Of a stretch of DNA of 64,000 bases, positions 18,479-35,929 are shown one piece after another. How positions within the stretch are numbered: position 1 is the first letter of the stretch; every line of letters starts with the position of its first letter. A program made the position numbers and the translations under genes. This stretch comes from an uncultured delta proteobacterium. Its GTDB lineage: Bacteria > Myxococcota_A > UBA9160 > SZUA-336. The DNA lies in NCBI GenBank assembly GCA_963704165.1, contig CAVPHD010000009.1, positions 64,001 through 128,000 of the forward strand, read 5' to 3'. Under the pieces are notes generated by a model. The model was given only the letters and a program-made list of their open reading frames with translations. It was not told the origin of the DNA and did not search any database.

Positions 18479-19786
18479 CTAGAGCTCCCGTTCGATTCGA
18501 ATCGACTGAGCGGGCGCGACGACCTCTCGGAGCTTCGCGATCTCGCCAAGCGCCGCATCGAGATCGAGCTGTCGCGATTCGTGGGTGGTGATCACGATCG
18601 GCACGGCGCGCGACTCGTGGCGCTCTTCCTGAAGGACGCTCGCGATGCTGATGCCGCGCGCACCGAGCGCCCCGGTGATGCGCGAGAGCACGCCCGGCGA
18701 GTCGTGCGCGGTGAAACGTACGTAGAACTCGCCGCGCTGGTCGCCGGGTGCACAGAGCTCGGCGTCGCGGGGCTCGGGGGTTCCAAACGGTGGAACCCGG
18801 CCCGACAGGCCGTGTCGCCGCGCGCGCGCGAGCTCCATCAAGTCCGCCACGACCGCACTCGCGGTCGGCAAGGCGCCCGCGCCCGCACCGTAGTAGAGCG
18901 TCGGTCCCGAGAACTCGCCGTGCACCTCGACCGCGTTCATCGAGCCATCGACGCCCGCCAATACGCTCGTTCTCGGAATCATCGTCGGATGCACCCGAGC
19001 CTGGATGCCCGTTCCATTCTGCTTCGCGACGGAGAGCAGCTTCACTCGAAAGCCGATCCGGCTCGCGTACTCGATGTCGGCGGGGACGATGTGCCGGATC
19101 CCCTCGATCGGGAACGCGGATGGCCCGAGATACACACCAAAGGCCAGCCCCGCGAGGATCGCGAGCTTGTTCGCGGAGTCGATTCCATCGATGTCCGAGC
19201 TCGGATCGGCTTCGGCGTAGCCGAGATCCTGCGCGCGCTTCAGACACGCCTCGTACGGCTCACCGGACTTCTCCATCTCGGTCAAGATGAAGTTGCAGGT
19301 GCCGTTGACGATCCCGTGCAGAGCGACCACGCGATCCCCACACAGCCCCTCGCGGAGCGCGCGCAGCACGGGAATCGTGCCACCGACGCTCGCCTCGAAT
19401 GCGATCTCCGTCGACTTCGAGGCGGCCAGCGCGAAGATCTCTCGCCCGTGACTCGCGAGAAGCGCCTTGTTCGCGGTGACGACGTGCTTGCCCGCGTCCA
19501 GCGACGCCAGCACGAGGTCGCGAGCCACGCGCGTACCGCCGACGAGCTCGACGACGAGATCGATCGTCGGATCGTCCACGAGCTCGCGCCAATCGCGCGA
19601 GAGCCGGTAACCTCCGAGGTCCACACCACGCTCGCGCTCGAGATCGATGTCCGCGACGCGGACGAGCTCGAGCGGAAAACCGAGTCGTTCGGAGATCAGC
19701 GCGCCGTGGGACTGAAGTGCGCGGACGACGCCGGTCCCGATCGTGCCCAGCCCCACGAGTCCCACACGCATGGACCGCTCAGACAT
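18479..19786 (-). CDS. hom: Homoserine dehydrogenase with C-terminal ACT domain
   Basis: [50 protein letters not shown]. Confidence 0.97.
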   Translation of the reverse strand: MSERSMRVGLVGLGTIGTGVVRALQSHGALISERLGFPLELVRVADIDLERERGVDLGGYRLSRDWRELVDDPTIDLVVELVGGTRVARDLVLASLDAGKHVVTANKALLASHGREIFALAASKSTEIAFEASVGGTIPVLRALREGLCGDRVVALHGIVNGTCNFILTEMEKSGEPYEACLKRAQDLGYAEADPSSDIDGIDSANKLAILAGLAFGVYLGPSAFPIEGIRHIVPADIEYASRIGFRVKLLSVAKQNGTGIQARVHPTMIPRTSVLAGVDGSMNAVEVHGEFSGPTLYYGAGAGALPTASAVVADLMELARARRHGLSGRVPPFGTPEPRDAELCAPGDQRGEFYVRFTAHDSPGVLSRITGALGARGISIASVLQEERHESRAVPIVITTHESRQLDLDAALGEIAKLREVVAPAQSIRIEREL

Positions 19787-20954
19787 CGCGCAGGAGTCTC
19801 TTCATGTTGCGAACCGCCTGTCGGATCCGGTGCGTGTTCTCGACCAACGCGAATCGCACGAAGCCTTCCCCCGCGGGACCGAAGCCGATGCCCGGCGCGA
19901 CGGCGACGTCGGCCTTCTCCAGCAGGAGCTTCGAGAACTCGAGCGATCCGAGCGAGGCGAATCGCTCCGGCAGCGGCGCCCAGACGAACATCGTCCCGAG
20001 CGGCTTCTCGATCTTCCAGCCCGCCTGGTCGAGTCCGTCGACGAGCGCGTTTCGGCGCTCGCGGTAGTCCTCGACGATCTCGGCGACGAAGTCCTGCGGT
20101 CCGTCGAGCGCGACGATCGTCGCGATCTGGATCGGCTGGAACGTGCCGTAGTCGAGATAGCTCTTCACGCGCGAGAGGACGCGCACGTACTCCGCGTTCC
20201 CCGCGCCGAAGCCGACGCGCCAGCCGGCCATCGCGTGCGACTTCGAGAGCGAGGTGAATTCGAGCGTGCACTCCATCGCGCCCGGCACCTGCAAGGCGCT
20301 CGGCGGCTTGTAGCCGTCGTAGCAGATCTCCGCATAGGCGAGGTCGTGCACGAAGACGAGATCGTGCCGACGGCAGAAATCGACGAGACGCGCGAGGAAC
20401 GGCAGGTCGACCGTCGCGGTGGTCGGATTGTGCGGAAACGAGGCGATCAGCATCTTCGGGCGTGGCCAGCTCGCCTGCGTCGCCTCCTCGAGGCGCTCGA
20501 TCAGTCCATCGAGCGGAAGCAGCGACACGCGCCGGATGTCGCCCCCCGCGATCAGCACCGAGAAGCTGTGAATCGGGTAGCAAGGGTCCGGGCACAGAAC
20601 GGTGTCACCGCGGGAGATCGCCGCGATCACGAAGTGCGAGAGGCCCTCCTTCGCGCCGATCGTCGAGATCACCTGCGTGTCGGGATCGAGGTCGATGTCG
20701 TAGTGGCGCTTGTACCAACGGCCCATCGCGCGCCGCAGATTCGGCAGGCCGCGCGACGCGGAATAGTGGTGGTTTCGCGAGTCGCGGGCGGCTTCGACCA
20801 GCTTCTCGACCACGTGTGGAGGGGTCCCGTGATTGGGATTTCCGAAACCGAGGTCGATGACGTCCTCGCCGGCGCGCCGCGCCCGAAGCTTCAGGTCGTT
20901 GACGATCGCGAGGATGTAGGGCGGCAGTCGGTCGAGCTTTTCGAACTTCGTCAT
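19779..20954 (-). CDS. alaC: Class I/II aminotransferase (AlaC-like)
   Basis: RLPPY, DLGFGNP, YSASRG, PHNPT, HDLAY, SLSKS..GWRVG, KSYLDYG; sits upstream of hom-thrC. Confidence 0.85.
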   Translation of the reverse strand: MTKFEKLDRLPPYILAIVNDLKLRARRAGEDVIDLGFGNPNHGTPPHVVEKLVEAARDSRNHHYSASRGLPNLRRAMGRWYKRHYDIDLDPDTQVISTIGAKEGLSHFVIAAISRGDTVLCPDPCYPIHSFSVLIAGGDIRRVSLLPLDGLIERLEEATQASWPRPKMLIASFPHNPTTATVDLPFLARLVDFCRRHDLVFVHDLAYAEICYDGYKPPSALQVPGAMECTLEFTSLSKSHAMAGWRVGFGAGNAEYVRVLSRVKSYLDYGTFQPIQIATIVALDGPQDFVAEIVEDYRERRNALVDGLDQAGWKIEKPLGTMFVWAPLPERFASLGSLEFSKLLLEKADVAVAPGIGFGPAGEGFVRFALVENTHRIRQAVRNMKRLLRDV

Positions 20955-21874
20955 CTCGGGCCTTCGGGGGGGCGGAGGTGATCGACGAGCGTCTCGGCGC
21001 GGAATGAGCTGCGCACGAGCGGTCCGCTCTCGACGTGGCGGAAGCCGAGCCCGAGAGCGAAGTCGCGAAGCTCGGAGAACTCGGCGGGAGCGAGGAAGCG
21101 ATCGACCGGACGGTGCCGCAGGGTCGGACGCAGGTACTGCCCGAGCGTCAGGACATCGACTCCGGAATCGCGCAGGTCGCGCAGGACTTCGACGAGCTCG
21201 CGCCGCGTCTCTCCGAGGCCGAGCATCAGCCCCGACTTCGTCAGCAGATCCGGGCTTCGCCGCTTGACCCGCGCGAGCAGCGCGAGCGAACGCGGGTAAC
21301 GCGCGCCGATACGGACGCTCGGATAGAGACGCGGAACGGTCTCGAGATTGTGGTTGTAGACGTCCGGTCGTTCGTCGGTCACGCGATCGATGCAGGTTGC
21401 GTCGCCGCGGAAGTCCGGGGTCAGGACTTCGATCGTCGCGGGCGGCAGGGCCATGCGGATCTCCGCGATCGCGCGCGCGAACTGGCTCGATCCCTGGTCC
21501 GGGAGGTCGTCCCGATTCACGCTGGTCAACACCACATGGCGTAGATCGAGCGCGCGCGCGGCTTCGGAGACCCGCCGAGGCTCTTCGAGATCGATCGGTC
21601 GGCCGAGCCCGGTCGCGACATTGCAGAAGCGGCACGCGCGCGTGCAGACGTCGCCGAGCAGCATGAACGTGACCGTGCCGCGTCCGAAGCAGTCCGAAAG
21701 GTTCGGGCAGCGCGCCTCCTCGCAGACGGAGTGCAGGCCGCGCTCGCGCAGCATTCGCTTCATCTCGAAGACGGCCGGGGTCATCCGCGAATCGCTCCTG
21801 CAGTGCGACGGCGGGCGCAGGAGCGCCTTTGCCGAAACAGCGGAGATCCGCGACTGGCCTAGGGAATCAGCCAT
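20951..21874 (-). CDS. lipA: Lipoyl synthase
   Basis: CEEARCPNLSDC, CTRACRFC, NHNLETV, GQYLRP, PLVRSSF. Confidence 0.96.
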   Translation of the reverse strand: MADSLGQSRISAVSAKALLRPPSHCRSDSRMTPAVFEMKRMLRERGLHSVCEEARCPNLSDCFGRGTVTFMLLGDVCTRACRFCNVATGLGRPIDLEEPRRVSEAARALDLRHVVLTSVNRDDLPDQGSSQFARAIAEIRMALPPATIEVLTPDFRGDATCIDRVTDERPDVYNHNLETVPRLYPSVRIGARYPRSLALLARVKRRSPDLLTKSGLMLGLGETRRELVEVLRDLRDSGVDVLTLGQYLRPTLRHRPVDRFLAPAEFSELRDFALGLGFRHVESGPLVRSSFRAETLVDHLRPPEGPR

Positions 21875-21930
21875 GGGCCGGCAGGATATTCGAGCCTGAG
21901 CGGGCCTGCCAGCGAGCCCGCCCCGGCCGG

Positions 21931-24276
21931 TCAGGCAATCGACCCGAAGGCCAGCCGCACCCCCCAGCGACGCTCGACCGCGGCCCGCAGCGCGGGTGTC
22001 CGACGCAGCTCCGGATCACCCTCGAGCAGCTTCGAAGCGGCGCGACGCACGGCCGCCAGGGTATCGCCGTGGCGGACCAGGTCGGCGAGGCGAAGCTCGG
22101 GCAGATGGCCGGCCTGACGCGTGCCGAGCCACTCCCCGGCGCCTCGAATCCGCAGGTCCTCTTCCGCGATCTCGAAGCCGCTCACGCTGCGTTCGAGGAT
22201 GGCAAGCCGCTGCACGCCTTCGGGCGTCGTCGGGTCGGCGATCAGCAACGCGCGCCCCGGCTTCTCGCCCCGTCCGACTCGCCCGCGCAGCTGGTGGAGC
22301 TGCGCCAGGCCGAAGCGCTCCGCGTGCTGCACGATCAAGAGCGTCGCGTTCGGGACGTCGACGCCCACCTCGATCACGGTGGTCGCAACGAGCACCCGGA
22401 CCCGACCCTCGGCGAAATCGGCCATCACGCGAACCCGCTCGCGCGCCTCCAGGCGCCCGTGGATCAGCGCCGCCGGCACCCCGGGGAGGGCCTTGCACAA
22501 GCGCTCGAAGCCGCGGGTCGCATCCTTCTGGTCCTGCTTCTCGGATTCCTCGACGAGCGGATAGACGACGAAGACCTGCTCGGATCGGCGCAGCGTCTCG
22601 TGCAGCGCCCCCATGACTTCACGCCCCGCCGAGGGTCCGACCACGCGCGTCGATACCGGCGCTCGCCCCGGCGGACGCTCGCGCAGAACCGAATGCTCGA
22701 GGTCTCCGAAGACCGTGAGCGCGAGCGATCGGGGGATCGGAGTCGCCGACATGGCCAGGACGTGCGGGCTGCCGGCCTTGCGGGCCAGGGCGCGACGCTG
22801 TCCGACGCCGAAGCGATGCTGCTCGTCGATCACGGCGAGTCCGAGCCGCGGCAACTCCACCGATTCGGAGAGCAGCGCGTGCGTACCCACCACCACGTGG
22901 AGCGCACCCTCCTCGAGCCAACGCTCGAGCCGCCGCCGATCTCCCGGCGGTGTCGCACCGGTGAGGAGTGCGGTGCGCATGCCGAGCGCTCCGCCCAGAC
23001 GCGAGAACGTGTGCAGGTGCTGCTCGGCCAGGATCTCCGTGGGCGCGAGCACGGCGGTGGTGTGCCGGGCCGCGTGTGCCGCGGCGGCGGCGAGCACCGC
23101 GAGCACCGTCTTCCCGCTGCCCACGTCGCCGATCAACATCCGGTTCATCGGCGTCGAGCGCGCGAGATCCGCGCGGATCTCCGTCCACGCGCGAAGCTGA
23201 TCCGAGGTGAGGGCGAACGGCAGCGCCGCACGTGCGTGCGCCTCCGCGGCATCGCTGATCTCGAGCTTCGCGGTGCGCCGCCGTGCGAGCTCGCGCTTGC
23301 GCAGCCCGAGACCGATCTGCAGCAGGTACAGCTCCTCCGCGACGAGCCTCAGGTGGTAGGGCGTGTTCCGCTCGCGCAGCGCGGTCGGATCGAGCTGCGT
23401 GCCGGGCAGGTGGACCTCGCGAAGTGCGGCACCGACATCCGCAAGTCCCAGCTGTGCGACCGTGGACGCCGGCAGGAAACCATCGACGAGGTCTGTCGCC
23501 GAACGAACGGCGGACTCCACCACGCGGCGCAAGCTCCGCGGGGCGAGTCCCTCGACGGCGCTGTAGCTCGGGACGATCCGCGGTAGCTCACCCGACGAGG
23601 TTTCCGCCGAGAGCGTCTCGACGTCGGGATGGTGCAGCTCCTTCGCGTAGCGGAAACGCCGAACCTCGCCCGCTACGAGAACGCGCGTACCGGGCGCCAG
23701 CCGGTTCTCGAAGTGGGCGAGCCCGCGGAACCACTTCAGCTGAACTGCACCGGTACCGTCGGAGACGATGGCCTCGAAGAAGCGCCGACCGTTTCGCAGA
23801 GGTACGACACCGGAACGCTTCACCGTTCCCGAGAAGCAGACAGACCGGCCGACCTCGAGCTTCTCGATCGGCATGATCTCGCGCCGGTCCTCGTACGCGC
23901 GTGGCAGAAAGAAGAGTAGATCCTCGACCGTCGCAATCTCTTTTCGAGCGAGCGCCGCCGCGGTCTTCGGCCCCACGCCGGGAACGCGCGAGGCCGGCTG
24001 CGCGAGCATCCGCGTGGGGAATTCCGGAGCGAGAAGCGGTGCGAGGCGCTTCGCGATCCAGGCGAGCGCGGCCGGCTCGACGCCGGACGCGAGCCGCTCC
24101 GATGCTTCGCGCAGTCGCTTCTTCGCCTCGGGCGGTATCCAGAGCTCCGCCGCCGCATCGATCGCTGCGCGAAGCGTTGGCCCGGGATCGCGCGCCCCCG
24201 CAGTGGCATCCTCGCCGCGCAGCGCGAACTCGAGCGGACCGCGAATCGCATCGGCGGCTTCGCGAAAGCTCGTCAT
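21931..24276 (-). CDS. recG: ATP-dependent DNA helicase RecG
   Basis: GDVGSGKT, DEQHRFGV, MSATPIPRS, ATTVIEVGVDVPNA, QLHQLRGRVGRG. Confidence 0.97.
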   Translation of the reverse strand: MTSFREAADAIRGPLEFALRGEDATAGARDPGPTLRAAIDAAAELWIPPEAKKRLREASERLASGVEPAALAWIAKRLAPLLAPEFPTRMLAQPASRVPGVGPKTAAALARKEIATVEDLLFFLPRAYEDRREIMPIEKLEVGRSVCFSGTVKRSGVVPLRNGRRFFEAIVSDGTGAVQLKWFRGLAHFENRLAPGTRVLVAGEVRRFRYAKELHHPDVETLSAETSSGELPRIVPSYSAVEGLAPRSLRRVVESAVRSATDLVDGFLPASTVAQLGLADVGAALREVHLPGTQLDPTALRERNTPYHLRLVAEELYLLQIGLGLRKRELARRRTAKLEISDAAEAHARAALPFALTSDQLRAWTEIRADLARSTPMNRMLIGDVGSGKTVLAVLAAAAAHAARHTTAVLAPTEILAEQHLHTFSRLGGALGMRTALLTGATPPGDRRRLERWLEEGALHVVVGTHALLSESVELPRLGLAVIDEQHRFGVGQRRALARKAGSPHVLAMSATPIPRSLALTVFGDLEHSVLRERPPGRAPVSTRVVGPSAGREVMGALHETLRRSEQVFVVYPLVEESEKQDQKDATRGFERLCKALPGVPAALIHGRLEARERVRVMADFAEGRVRVLVATTVIEVGVDVPNATLLIVQHAERFGLAQLHQLRGRVGRGEKPGRALLIADPTTPEGVQRLAILERSVSGFEIAEEDLRIRGAGEWLGTRQAGHLPELRLADLVRHGDTLAAVRRAASKLLEGDPELRRTPALRAAVERRWGVRLAFGSIA

Positions 24277-24278
24277 CT

Positions 24279-27466
<3,188 letters not shown>

Positions 27467-27474
<8 letters not shown>

Positions 27475-28603
27475 GCGTGGACTCCACGAGCTCGCGGAAG
27501 CGGCGGAAGAGGTAGGCCGTGTCGTGCGGACCCGGCGCGGCCTCCGGATGGTACTGCACGGAGAAGAGCGGTAGCCGGCGATGACGAAGTCCTTCGACGG
27601 TTCCGTCGTTGAGATTCACGTGCGTGACCTCGAGGTCGTCGGCTTCCGCGAGCGTCGCCGCGTCGACGGCGAAGCCGTGGTTCTCCGAGGCGATCATCAC
27701 GCGCCTCGATTGCTCGTCCCGAGCCGGTTGGTTCGCACCGTGGTGACCGAAGCGGAGCTTCCGAGTCGTGCCGCCGAGCGCCAGGCCGAGAATCTGGTGG
27801 CCGAGGCAGATCCCGAAGATCGGAATCCGGGCCGCGATGAGCTCGCGGACGATCGGAAGCGCGTAGCTGACCGCCGCCGGATCGCCCGGTCCATTCGACA
27901 GGAAGATGCCGTCCGGCTCGAGCCCGAGCGCGGTCTTCGCGGGCGTATCGGCCGGGACGACCGTCACGTCGAAGCCCGCGTTCGAGAGCTCGCGCAGGAT
28001 GTTCCGCTTGATGCCGTAGTCGTAGGCGACCGCGCGGTAGCGCTTCCCGCGCACGGGCGGCTCGAGCGACCACGCCGTGCCCTCACGCCACTCGTAGGGC
28101 TCCTTGCACGTGACTCCGTCGACGAGGTTCAGCCCCGCCATCGACGGCAGCGCTCGCGCCCGCGAACGCAGCTCGACCAGGTCGAAAGGCGCGTGCGCGA
28201 CGATTCCATTCATCGCGCCGGCCGTTCGCAGACGGCGCACGAGCGCGCGGGTATCGACGCCCGAGATCGCGCTGACCCCGTTTCGGACGAGAAAGGTCTG
28301 CAGCGACTCGCGACTCCGCCAGCTCGACGGAAAATCGACGTGATCGCGCACGACGAAGCCGCGCAGGAACACGCCGCGCGATTCGTCATCCTCCGGAGTG
28401 CAGCCCGTGTTTCCGATCTCGGGATAGGTCATGCAGACGATCTGTCCCGCGTAGGACGGGTCGGTGAGGATCTCCTGGTACCCGGACATCCCCGTGTGGA
28501 AGACGACCTCGCCCAAACCCTCGCCGCGCGCGCCGAATCCGGTCCCGCGGTACACGGTGCCGTCCGACAGAACCAGCGCAGCTTCGTCGGTCCTCTCGCT
28601 CAT
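27467..28603 (-). CDS. carA: Carbamoyl-phosphate synthase small subunit
   Basis: [32 protein letters not shown]. Confidence 0.97.
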
Positions 28604-29892
28604 CGCCCCCCCTCTTCATCCAGCGCGAATGCGAGCCGCCCGCCCACCCAGGTTCGGAGTGCGCGGCCGCGAAATTCCCTTCCGAGGAAGGCGGAGTTCT
28701 TCGAACGCGACTCGAGACCCGGAACCTCGACCTTGAAGGCGCGCTCGGGATCGATGAGAACGAGGTCGGCCGGGGCGCCGGGCTCGAGCGTCCCGCCGCC
28801 GACGCCGAAGACCCGCGCGGGACGAGTGGCCATGCGATCGATCAGCGTCAGCGGCGAGAGGACGTCCTCGCGAACCAGCTCGAGCCCGACCGCGAGCGAG
28901 GTCTCGAGACCGACGACGCCGAATGGCGCCGCGGTGAACTCGACGTCCTTCTCGTAGTGCGCATGCGGTGCGTGATCGGTCGCGATGCAGTCGAGCGTCC
29001 CGTCGGCGAGGCCCTGTCGAAGCGCCTCGCGATCGCGTGCCGTGCGCAGCGGTGGCGCCATCTTCTTGTTCGTGTCGTAGCTGCGGATCGCTTCGTCGGT
29101 GAGGAGAAGGTGATGCGGAGTCACCTCCGCCGTCACCCGAACCCCCGCCGCCTTCGCATCGCGGATCAGCTCGACCGAGCGCGCCGCCGAGACGTGCGCG
29201 ACGTGCAGATGCCCGCCCGTCAGACGCGCGAGCTCCAGATCGCGCGCGACCATCACCGTCTCGGCCTCGCCGGGCGAACCGGGCAGACCACAGCACGTCG
29301 CGTGCGAGCCCTCGTGTACGACGCCCGAGCCGCGCAGGTTCAGGTCCTCGCAGTGCGCGACCACGGGTCGGCCAATGCCGCGCGCGTACTCGAGCACGCG
29401 CCGCATCACGGCCGCGTCCATGATCACCGCGCCATCGTCGGAGAACGCCACCGCGCCGGCGGCCGAGAGGCTCGCCATCTCGGACATGATCTCGCCGCGG
29501 AGACCCTGCGTCGCCGCGGCGATCACGCGGACGCGGACGTTTCCCGAATCGCGCGCGCGGCGTTGGATGTACTCGGTCACGGCCGGGCTGTCGTTCACCG
29601 GATCGGTGTTCGCCATGCAGCACACCAATGTGTATCCCCCGGCCGCCGCGGAGCGAGTTCCCGTCTCGATGTCTTCCTTGTATTCCTGGCCAGGCTCGCG
29701 CAGGTGCGTGTGCAGGTCGATGAACCCGGGTGCGAGCCATAGTCCGCCGGCCTCGATCACCTGATCGGGAATGCCAGCCTCGTCCCGGCCGACGGCTGCG
29801 ATCCGCCCATCCGCGATGTCGAGGGAGCCGATCTCGTCGCGTCCGCTCGCCGGATCGAGAAGTCGCGCTCCCGAAATCCTCACCCGGCTCAT
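28600..29892 (-). CDS. pyrC: Dihydroorotase
   Basis: [29 protein letters not shown]. Confidence 0.96.
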   Translation of the reverse strand: MSRVRISGARLLDPASGRDEIGSLDIADGRIAAVGRDEAGIPDQVIEAGGLWLAPGFIDLHTHLREPGQEYKEDIETGTRSAAAGGYTLVCCMANTDPVNDSPAVTEYIQRRARDSGNVRVRVIAAATQGLRGEIMSEMASLSAAGAVAFSDDGAVIMDAAVMRRVLEYARGIGRPVVAHCEDLNLRGSGVVHEGSHATCCGLPGSPGEAETVMVARDLELARLTGGHLHVAHVSAARSVELIRDAKAAGVRVTAEVTPHHLLLTDEAIRSYDTNKKMAPPLRTARDREALRQGLADGTLDCIATDHAPHAHYEKDVEFTAAPFGVVGLETSLAVGLELVREDVLSPLTLIDRMATRPARVFGVGGGTLEPGAPADLVLIDPERAFKVEVPGLESRSKNSAFLGREFRGRALRTWVGGRLAFALDEEGGR

Positions 29893-30800
29893 CGTCCGCC
29901 CCCGGTCAGCAGGTAGAGCACCGCCATTCGCACCGCGACGCCATTGGTCACCTGATCGAGAATGCGAGACGGCTCGGCGTCGGCGATGTCACTCGCGATC
30001 TCTACGCCGCGATTGATCGGCCCCGGATGGAGCACGATCGCATCCGGTTTCGCGAGCGCGAGCGTCCGAGCGTTCAGTCCGAAAGTTCCCGCATACTCGC
30101 GGACCGTCGGGAACAGCGCGCCGGCAAGACGCTCCTGTTGAATGCGGAGCATCACCACCACGTCGGCGCCGGGCAGCGCTTCGGCCATCGAGAAGCAGGG
30201 TTTCACACCGAGTGCCTCGATCCCCGCGGGCATCATCGTCGGCGGCGCGGCGACTCGAACCTCGGCCCCGAGCTTGGTGAAACAGTGGATGTCGGATCGA
30301 GCCACGCGGCTGTGCGAGATGTCGCCCACGATGGCCACGACCCGTCCCTCGAGCGAGCCGAGCGACTGGCGCAGCGTGAACGCGTCGAGAAGCGCCTGAG
30401 TCGGATGCTCGTGGCAGCCGTCGCCCGCGTTCACGACCGGCACGCGAACCCGCTCCGCCAACATGTGCGGCACGCCCGCGACCGAGTCGCGCACGACGAG
30501 CACGTCGGCACTCATCGCCGCGAGGTTTCGCGCCATGTCCGCGAGCGTCTCCGCCTTCGACAGGCTCGAGCCCGACCGGGTCACATTGATCGCGTCGGCC
30601 GACAGCCGTTTCGCCGCGATCTCGAAGCTGACACGCGTGCGCGTCGAGGATTCGAGAAAGACGTTGATCACCGTCCGTCCCCGCAGCGTCGGAACGCGTT
30701 TGATCTCGCGCTGCGAGATCTCGAGCATCGCTTCGGAGGTCTCGAGCACGAGCTCGATCTCGTCGCGGCTCATGTGCTCGATCCCGAGCAGGTGTCTCAT
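29889..30800 (-). CDS. pyrB: Aspartate carbamoyltransferase catalytic subunit
   Basis: [36 protein letters not shown]. Confidence 0.97.
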   Translation of the reverse strand: MRHLLGIEHMSRDEIELVLETSEAMLEISQREIKRVPTLRGRTVINVFLESSTRTRVSFEIAAKRLSADAINVTRSGSSLSKAETLADMARNLAAMSADVLVVRDSVAGVPHMLAERVRVPVVNAGDGCHEHPTQALLDAFTLRQSLGSLEGRVVAIVGDISHSRVARSDIHCFTKLGAEVRVAAPPTMMPAGIEALGVKPCFSMAEALPGADVVVMLRIQQERLAGALFPTVREYAGTFGLNARTLALAKPDAIVLHPGPINRGVEIASDIADAEPSRILDQVTNGVAVRMAVLYLLTGGGR

Positions 30801-31378
30801 ACGACCACGACCTCGAGTTCACCGTCCTTCCGCTTGCGCAGCACGACTCGCTCCGCGCGCGCGGTCGGGATGTTCTTTCCCACGAAATCGACCTTGATCG
30901 GTAGCTCGCGGTGGCCGCGATCGACGAGCGTCGCCACCTGGATCGAAGCGGGGCGACCGAAATCGAGCACGGCATCCATCGCCGCGCGGATGGTCCGACC
31001 CGTGAACATCACGTCGTCCACGAGCACGACGCGCTTCCCATCGACGGAGAACGGCATGCGCGTCGGCCGCGGCATCGGCCGCACGCCGCGTGCGACCACG
31101 TCGTCCCGATAGAGCGTGATGTCGAGCGCTCCGAGCGGAATCACCCGGCCCGCGAGCTGCCCGAGTTGGGACGTGACGAGCGCCGCGACCGGCTCTCCAC
31201 CGCGCACGATCGCGACGATGACGAGGTCGGAGACGTCGGAGTCGCTCTCGAGAATCTCGTGCGCAATCCGGGTCGTTGCTCGCTGGATGCCGGCGGCGTC
31301 GAGGACGACGCGTCCCTGCGCGAGCTCTCGCTCGGGTTGGCCGCTGGCCGCGCTCGCAGGTTCTGCCGGGTTGCTCAT
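30797..31378 (-). CDS. pyrR: PyrR attenuation regulator / uracil phosphoribosyltransferase
   Basis: [39 protein letters not shown]. Confidence 0.96.
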   Translation of the reverse strand: MSNPAEPASAASGQPERELAQGRVVLDAAGIQRATTRIAHEILESDSDVSDLVIVAIVRGGEPVAALVTSQLGQLAGRVIPLGALDITLYRDDVVARGVRPMPRPTRMPFSVDGKRVVLVDDVMFTGRTIRAAMDAVLDFGRPASIQVATLVDRGHRELPIKVDFVGKNIPTARAERVVLRKRKDGELEVVVV

Positions 31379-31397
31379 CCCTACCTTTGCCCACCTC

Positions 31398-32267
31398 TCA
31401 GGGATCGGGATTAAAGGAGTCGGCGCGAAGGCTATCCGAGGTGGTCCGAGCGTCAATCAGCCGCGGCCGCCGACCTTGCGTTCCGAGTCTTCCCCAGCGG
31501 ATCTCCTCGATCTGAAACGTCACCACGCGCCAGACCGTGAAGAACAGATCTCCGACGAAGCTGCGCGGCGCCTGCTCGGCGGACGCGACGACCCAGGACC
31601 AGTGGATCATGAACGCCTTGCCCTTGATCTGATCGGGCGAGACGAACGGGTGATTCCAGAGCCGGCTGTCGCGCGAGTTGTCGCGGTTGTCGCCCATCAT
31701 GAAGAAGTGGCCTTCCGGGACGACCCACGGACCACGCCGATCGGCCGGACCCGCGATCTCGCCTTTGGCCTGCAGGATCGTGTACTCGCGGCCTTCGGGA
31801 TTCCTCTCGAGGTAGCGCGCGGCGCTTGCCCTGACCGCCGGACTCCGGCGAGGACGGAGCGTACTCGCCTTCGTCGATGCGATCGACCAGCTGGCCGTTC
31901 AGCCAGAGCCTGCGATCGATGATCTGGATCCGGTCGCCCGGCAGACCGATCACGCGCTTGATGTAGTCCTGGCTCGGATCGTCGGGCCAGCGAAACACGA
32001 TCACGTCGCCACGCGCGGGAGGGCTCTCGCCGAAGAGCAGGGTCCGGTGATCGGAAGACGAACGCCGTAGGCGAACTTGTTCACCAGCACGTAGTCGCCG
32101 ACCAGCAGCGTCGGGATCATCGAACCCGAGGGGATCTTGAACGGCTCGATGACGAACGAGCGGATCGCGAGCGCGATCAGCGCCGCCCAGAAGATCGCGC
32201 GCAGCGTCTCGAAGCGCGGCTTCGCCGCGGCGTCTCCAGCTTCCGTATCCCGATCGGATTTCGCCAA
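31398..32267 (-). CDS. lepB: Signal peptidase I; several frameshifts, 3' end uncertain (31398 or ~31457)
   Basis: EPFKIPSGSMIPTL, DYIKRVIGLPGD and MMGDNRDNSRDSR in different frames; follows lepA. Confidence 0.92.
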
Positions 32268-32278
32268 AGTCGGTCCGC

Positions 32279-34080
<1,802 letters not shown>

Positions 34081-34084
<4 letters not shown>

Positions 34085-35028
34085 GCTTTCGAACGCGCGA
34101 GCTCGGCCTTGAAGTAAGGCAGGGTCTTGCGCAGGCCCTCGTCGGGTGTGACGACCGGCTCCCAAGCGAGCACGCGCCGGGCCAGGCTGATGTCGGGACG
34201 GCGAACCTTCGGATCGTCCGGTGGCAGGTCGCGGTGGACGACCTTGCAGCTCACCCCCGCGATCTTGGCGATGCGCTGAGCGACCTCGAGCACGGTCATC
34301 TCTTCGGGGTTGCCGAGATTGACGGGCCCGACGTAGTCAGAGGCGAGCAGGCGCACGATCCCCTCGACCAGATCCGAGACGTAGTTGATGCTTCGCGTCT
34401 GCTGCCCATTGCCGAAGATCGTCAGATCCTCGCCGCGCAGGGCCTGGCTGAAGAACGCGGGGATCATGCGACCGTCGTCGGGGCGCATGCCGGGACCGTA
34501 CGTGTTGAAGATGCGCACGATGCGGGCTTCGACTCCGTGGTAGCGGTGGTACGCCATCGTCATCGCCTCGGCGAAGCGCTTCGCCTCGTCGTAGACGCCC
34601 CGGATGCCGACCGGGTTCACGTTTCCCCAGTAGCTCTCGGGCTGCGGATTCACCTCGGGGTCGCCGTAGCACTCCGAGGTCGACGCCAGAAGGAAGCGCG
34701 CACCCTTCTCCTTGGCGACGCCGAGCGCATTGTGCGTACCGAGCGCTCCGACCTTCAGGATCTGGATCGGCAGTCGCTCGAAGTCCACCGGGCTCGCGGG
34801 TGACGCGAAGTGGAGCACCGCATCGAGCTTTCCGGGTACGTGGATGAAGTTGGTCACGTCGTGCTTCACGAAACGGAAGCGATCGAGTCCGAACAGGTCC
34901 TCGATGTTCGCAAGCCGGCCGGTGAGCAGGTTGTCCATGCACACGACGTCCCAGCCGTCTTCGAGGAAGCGCCGGCACAGGTGCGAGCCGATGAAGCCGG
35001 AGCCTCCGAGAATCAGCACCCTACGCAT
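34081..35028 (-). CDS. UDP-glucuronate decarboxylase family SDR
   Basis: [52 protein letters not shown]. Confidence 0.93.
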
Positions 35029-35929
35029 CCCGTCCCCCCTGCTCCGCATCGAGATATCCATCGAGTGCCTCGCGCCAATGCGGCAGGACGAGCCCCAGAC
35101 CGCGCGCCCGTTCCAGTCCGAGGACCCCATACGCCGGCCGCGCGGCCGGGCGGGGCATTTCCCGGGTCGGAATCGGCACCACGTCGACGCGCCCGTTCAG
35201 TCCGCGTCGAATGCCCTCATCGATGACGGCGCGCGCGAAATCGAACCACGATGCCACGCCCTCGCATGCGAGATGAAGCCGACCTCGCGCCTCGACTTCG
35301 ACCGCCCGGAAGATCGCGCGCGCCAGCGCCGTCGTCCACGTCGGCCGACCGATCTGATCCTCGACCACGCGCAGCGTGGTGCCACGCGCGGCCGCGCCCA
35401 GAATCGTCCGGACGAAGTTCGGACCCGGTCCGAAGAGCCATTGTGTGCGCACGATCAGGAACTCGCCGCCCGCCCGGATGACGGCCTCCTCGCCCTCGAG
35501 CTTGGTCCGACCGTAAACACCCAACGGCGACGTCGCGGCGTCCTCCGGGATCGGCTGGCAGGCCCGGCCATCGAAGACGTAGTCGGTCGACATCTGCACG
35601 AGCAAGGGGCCGCCCGCACAGGCCGAGGCGAGCACTGCGGGAGCGACGGCATTCGCGCGGCGCGATGCCTCCGGCTCGCTCTCGCAGCGATCGACCGCGG
35701 TGAATGCCGCGCAGTTCAGCACGACGTCCGGTCTCAGCCGCTCGAGCGCGCGCTTCACCGAGTCCGGATCCGAGACGTCGAGATCCGCACGGCTGACACC
35801 CTGCGCACAGACCCGATGGGCGCTCGCGAGCCCGAGCACCGCTCGGCCGAGCTGACCACCCGCTCCCGTCACGAGCCAGCGCGATGCCGCGATCCGCTCG
35901 CGTTCGCCGTTCGCGGCCCCAGAACTCAC
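35021..35929 (-). CDS. rfbD: dTDP-4-dehydrorhamnose reductase
   Basis: [39 protein letters not shown]. Confidence 0.95.
   Translation of the reverse strand: MSSGAANGERERIAASRWLVTGAGGQLGRAVLGLASAHRVCAQGVSRADLDVSDPDSVKRALERLRPDVVLNCAAFTAVDRCESEPEASRRANAVAPAVLASACAGGPLLVQMSTDYVFDGRACQPIPEDAATSPLGVYGRTKLEGEEAVIRAGGEFLIVRTQWLFGPGPNFVRTILGAAARGTTLRVVEDQIGRPTWTTALARAIFRAVEVEARGRLHLACEGVASWFDFARAVIDEGIRRGLNGRVDVVPIPTREMPRPAARPAYGVLGLERARGLGLVLPHWREALDGYLDAEQGGRDA

Noticed and set aside
31379..31460. PyrR attenuator leader
   Set aside because: I found no recognisable PyrR-binding loop or terminator/antiterminator pair in the short region before pyrR.
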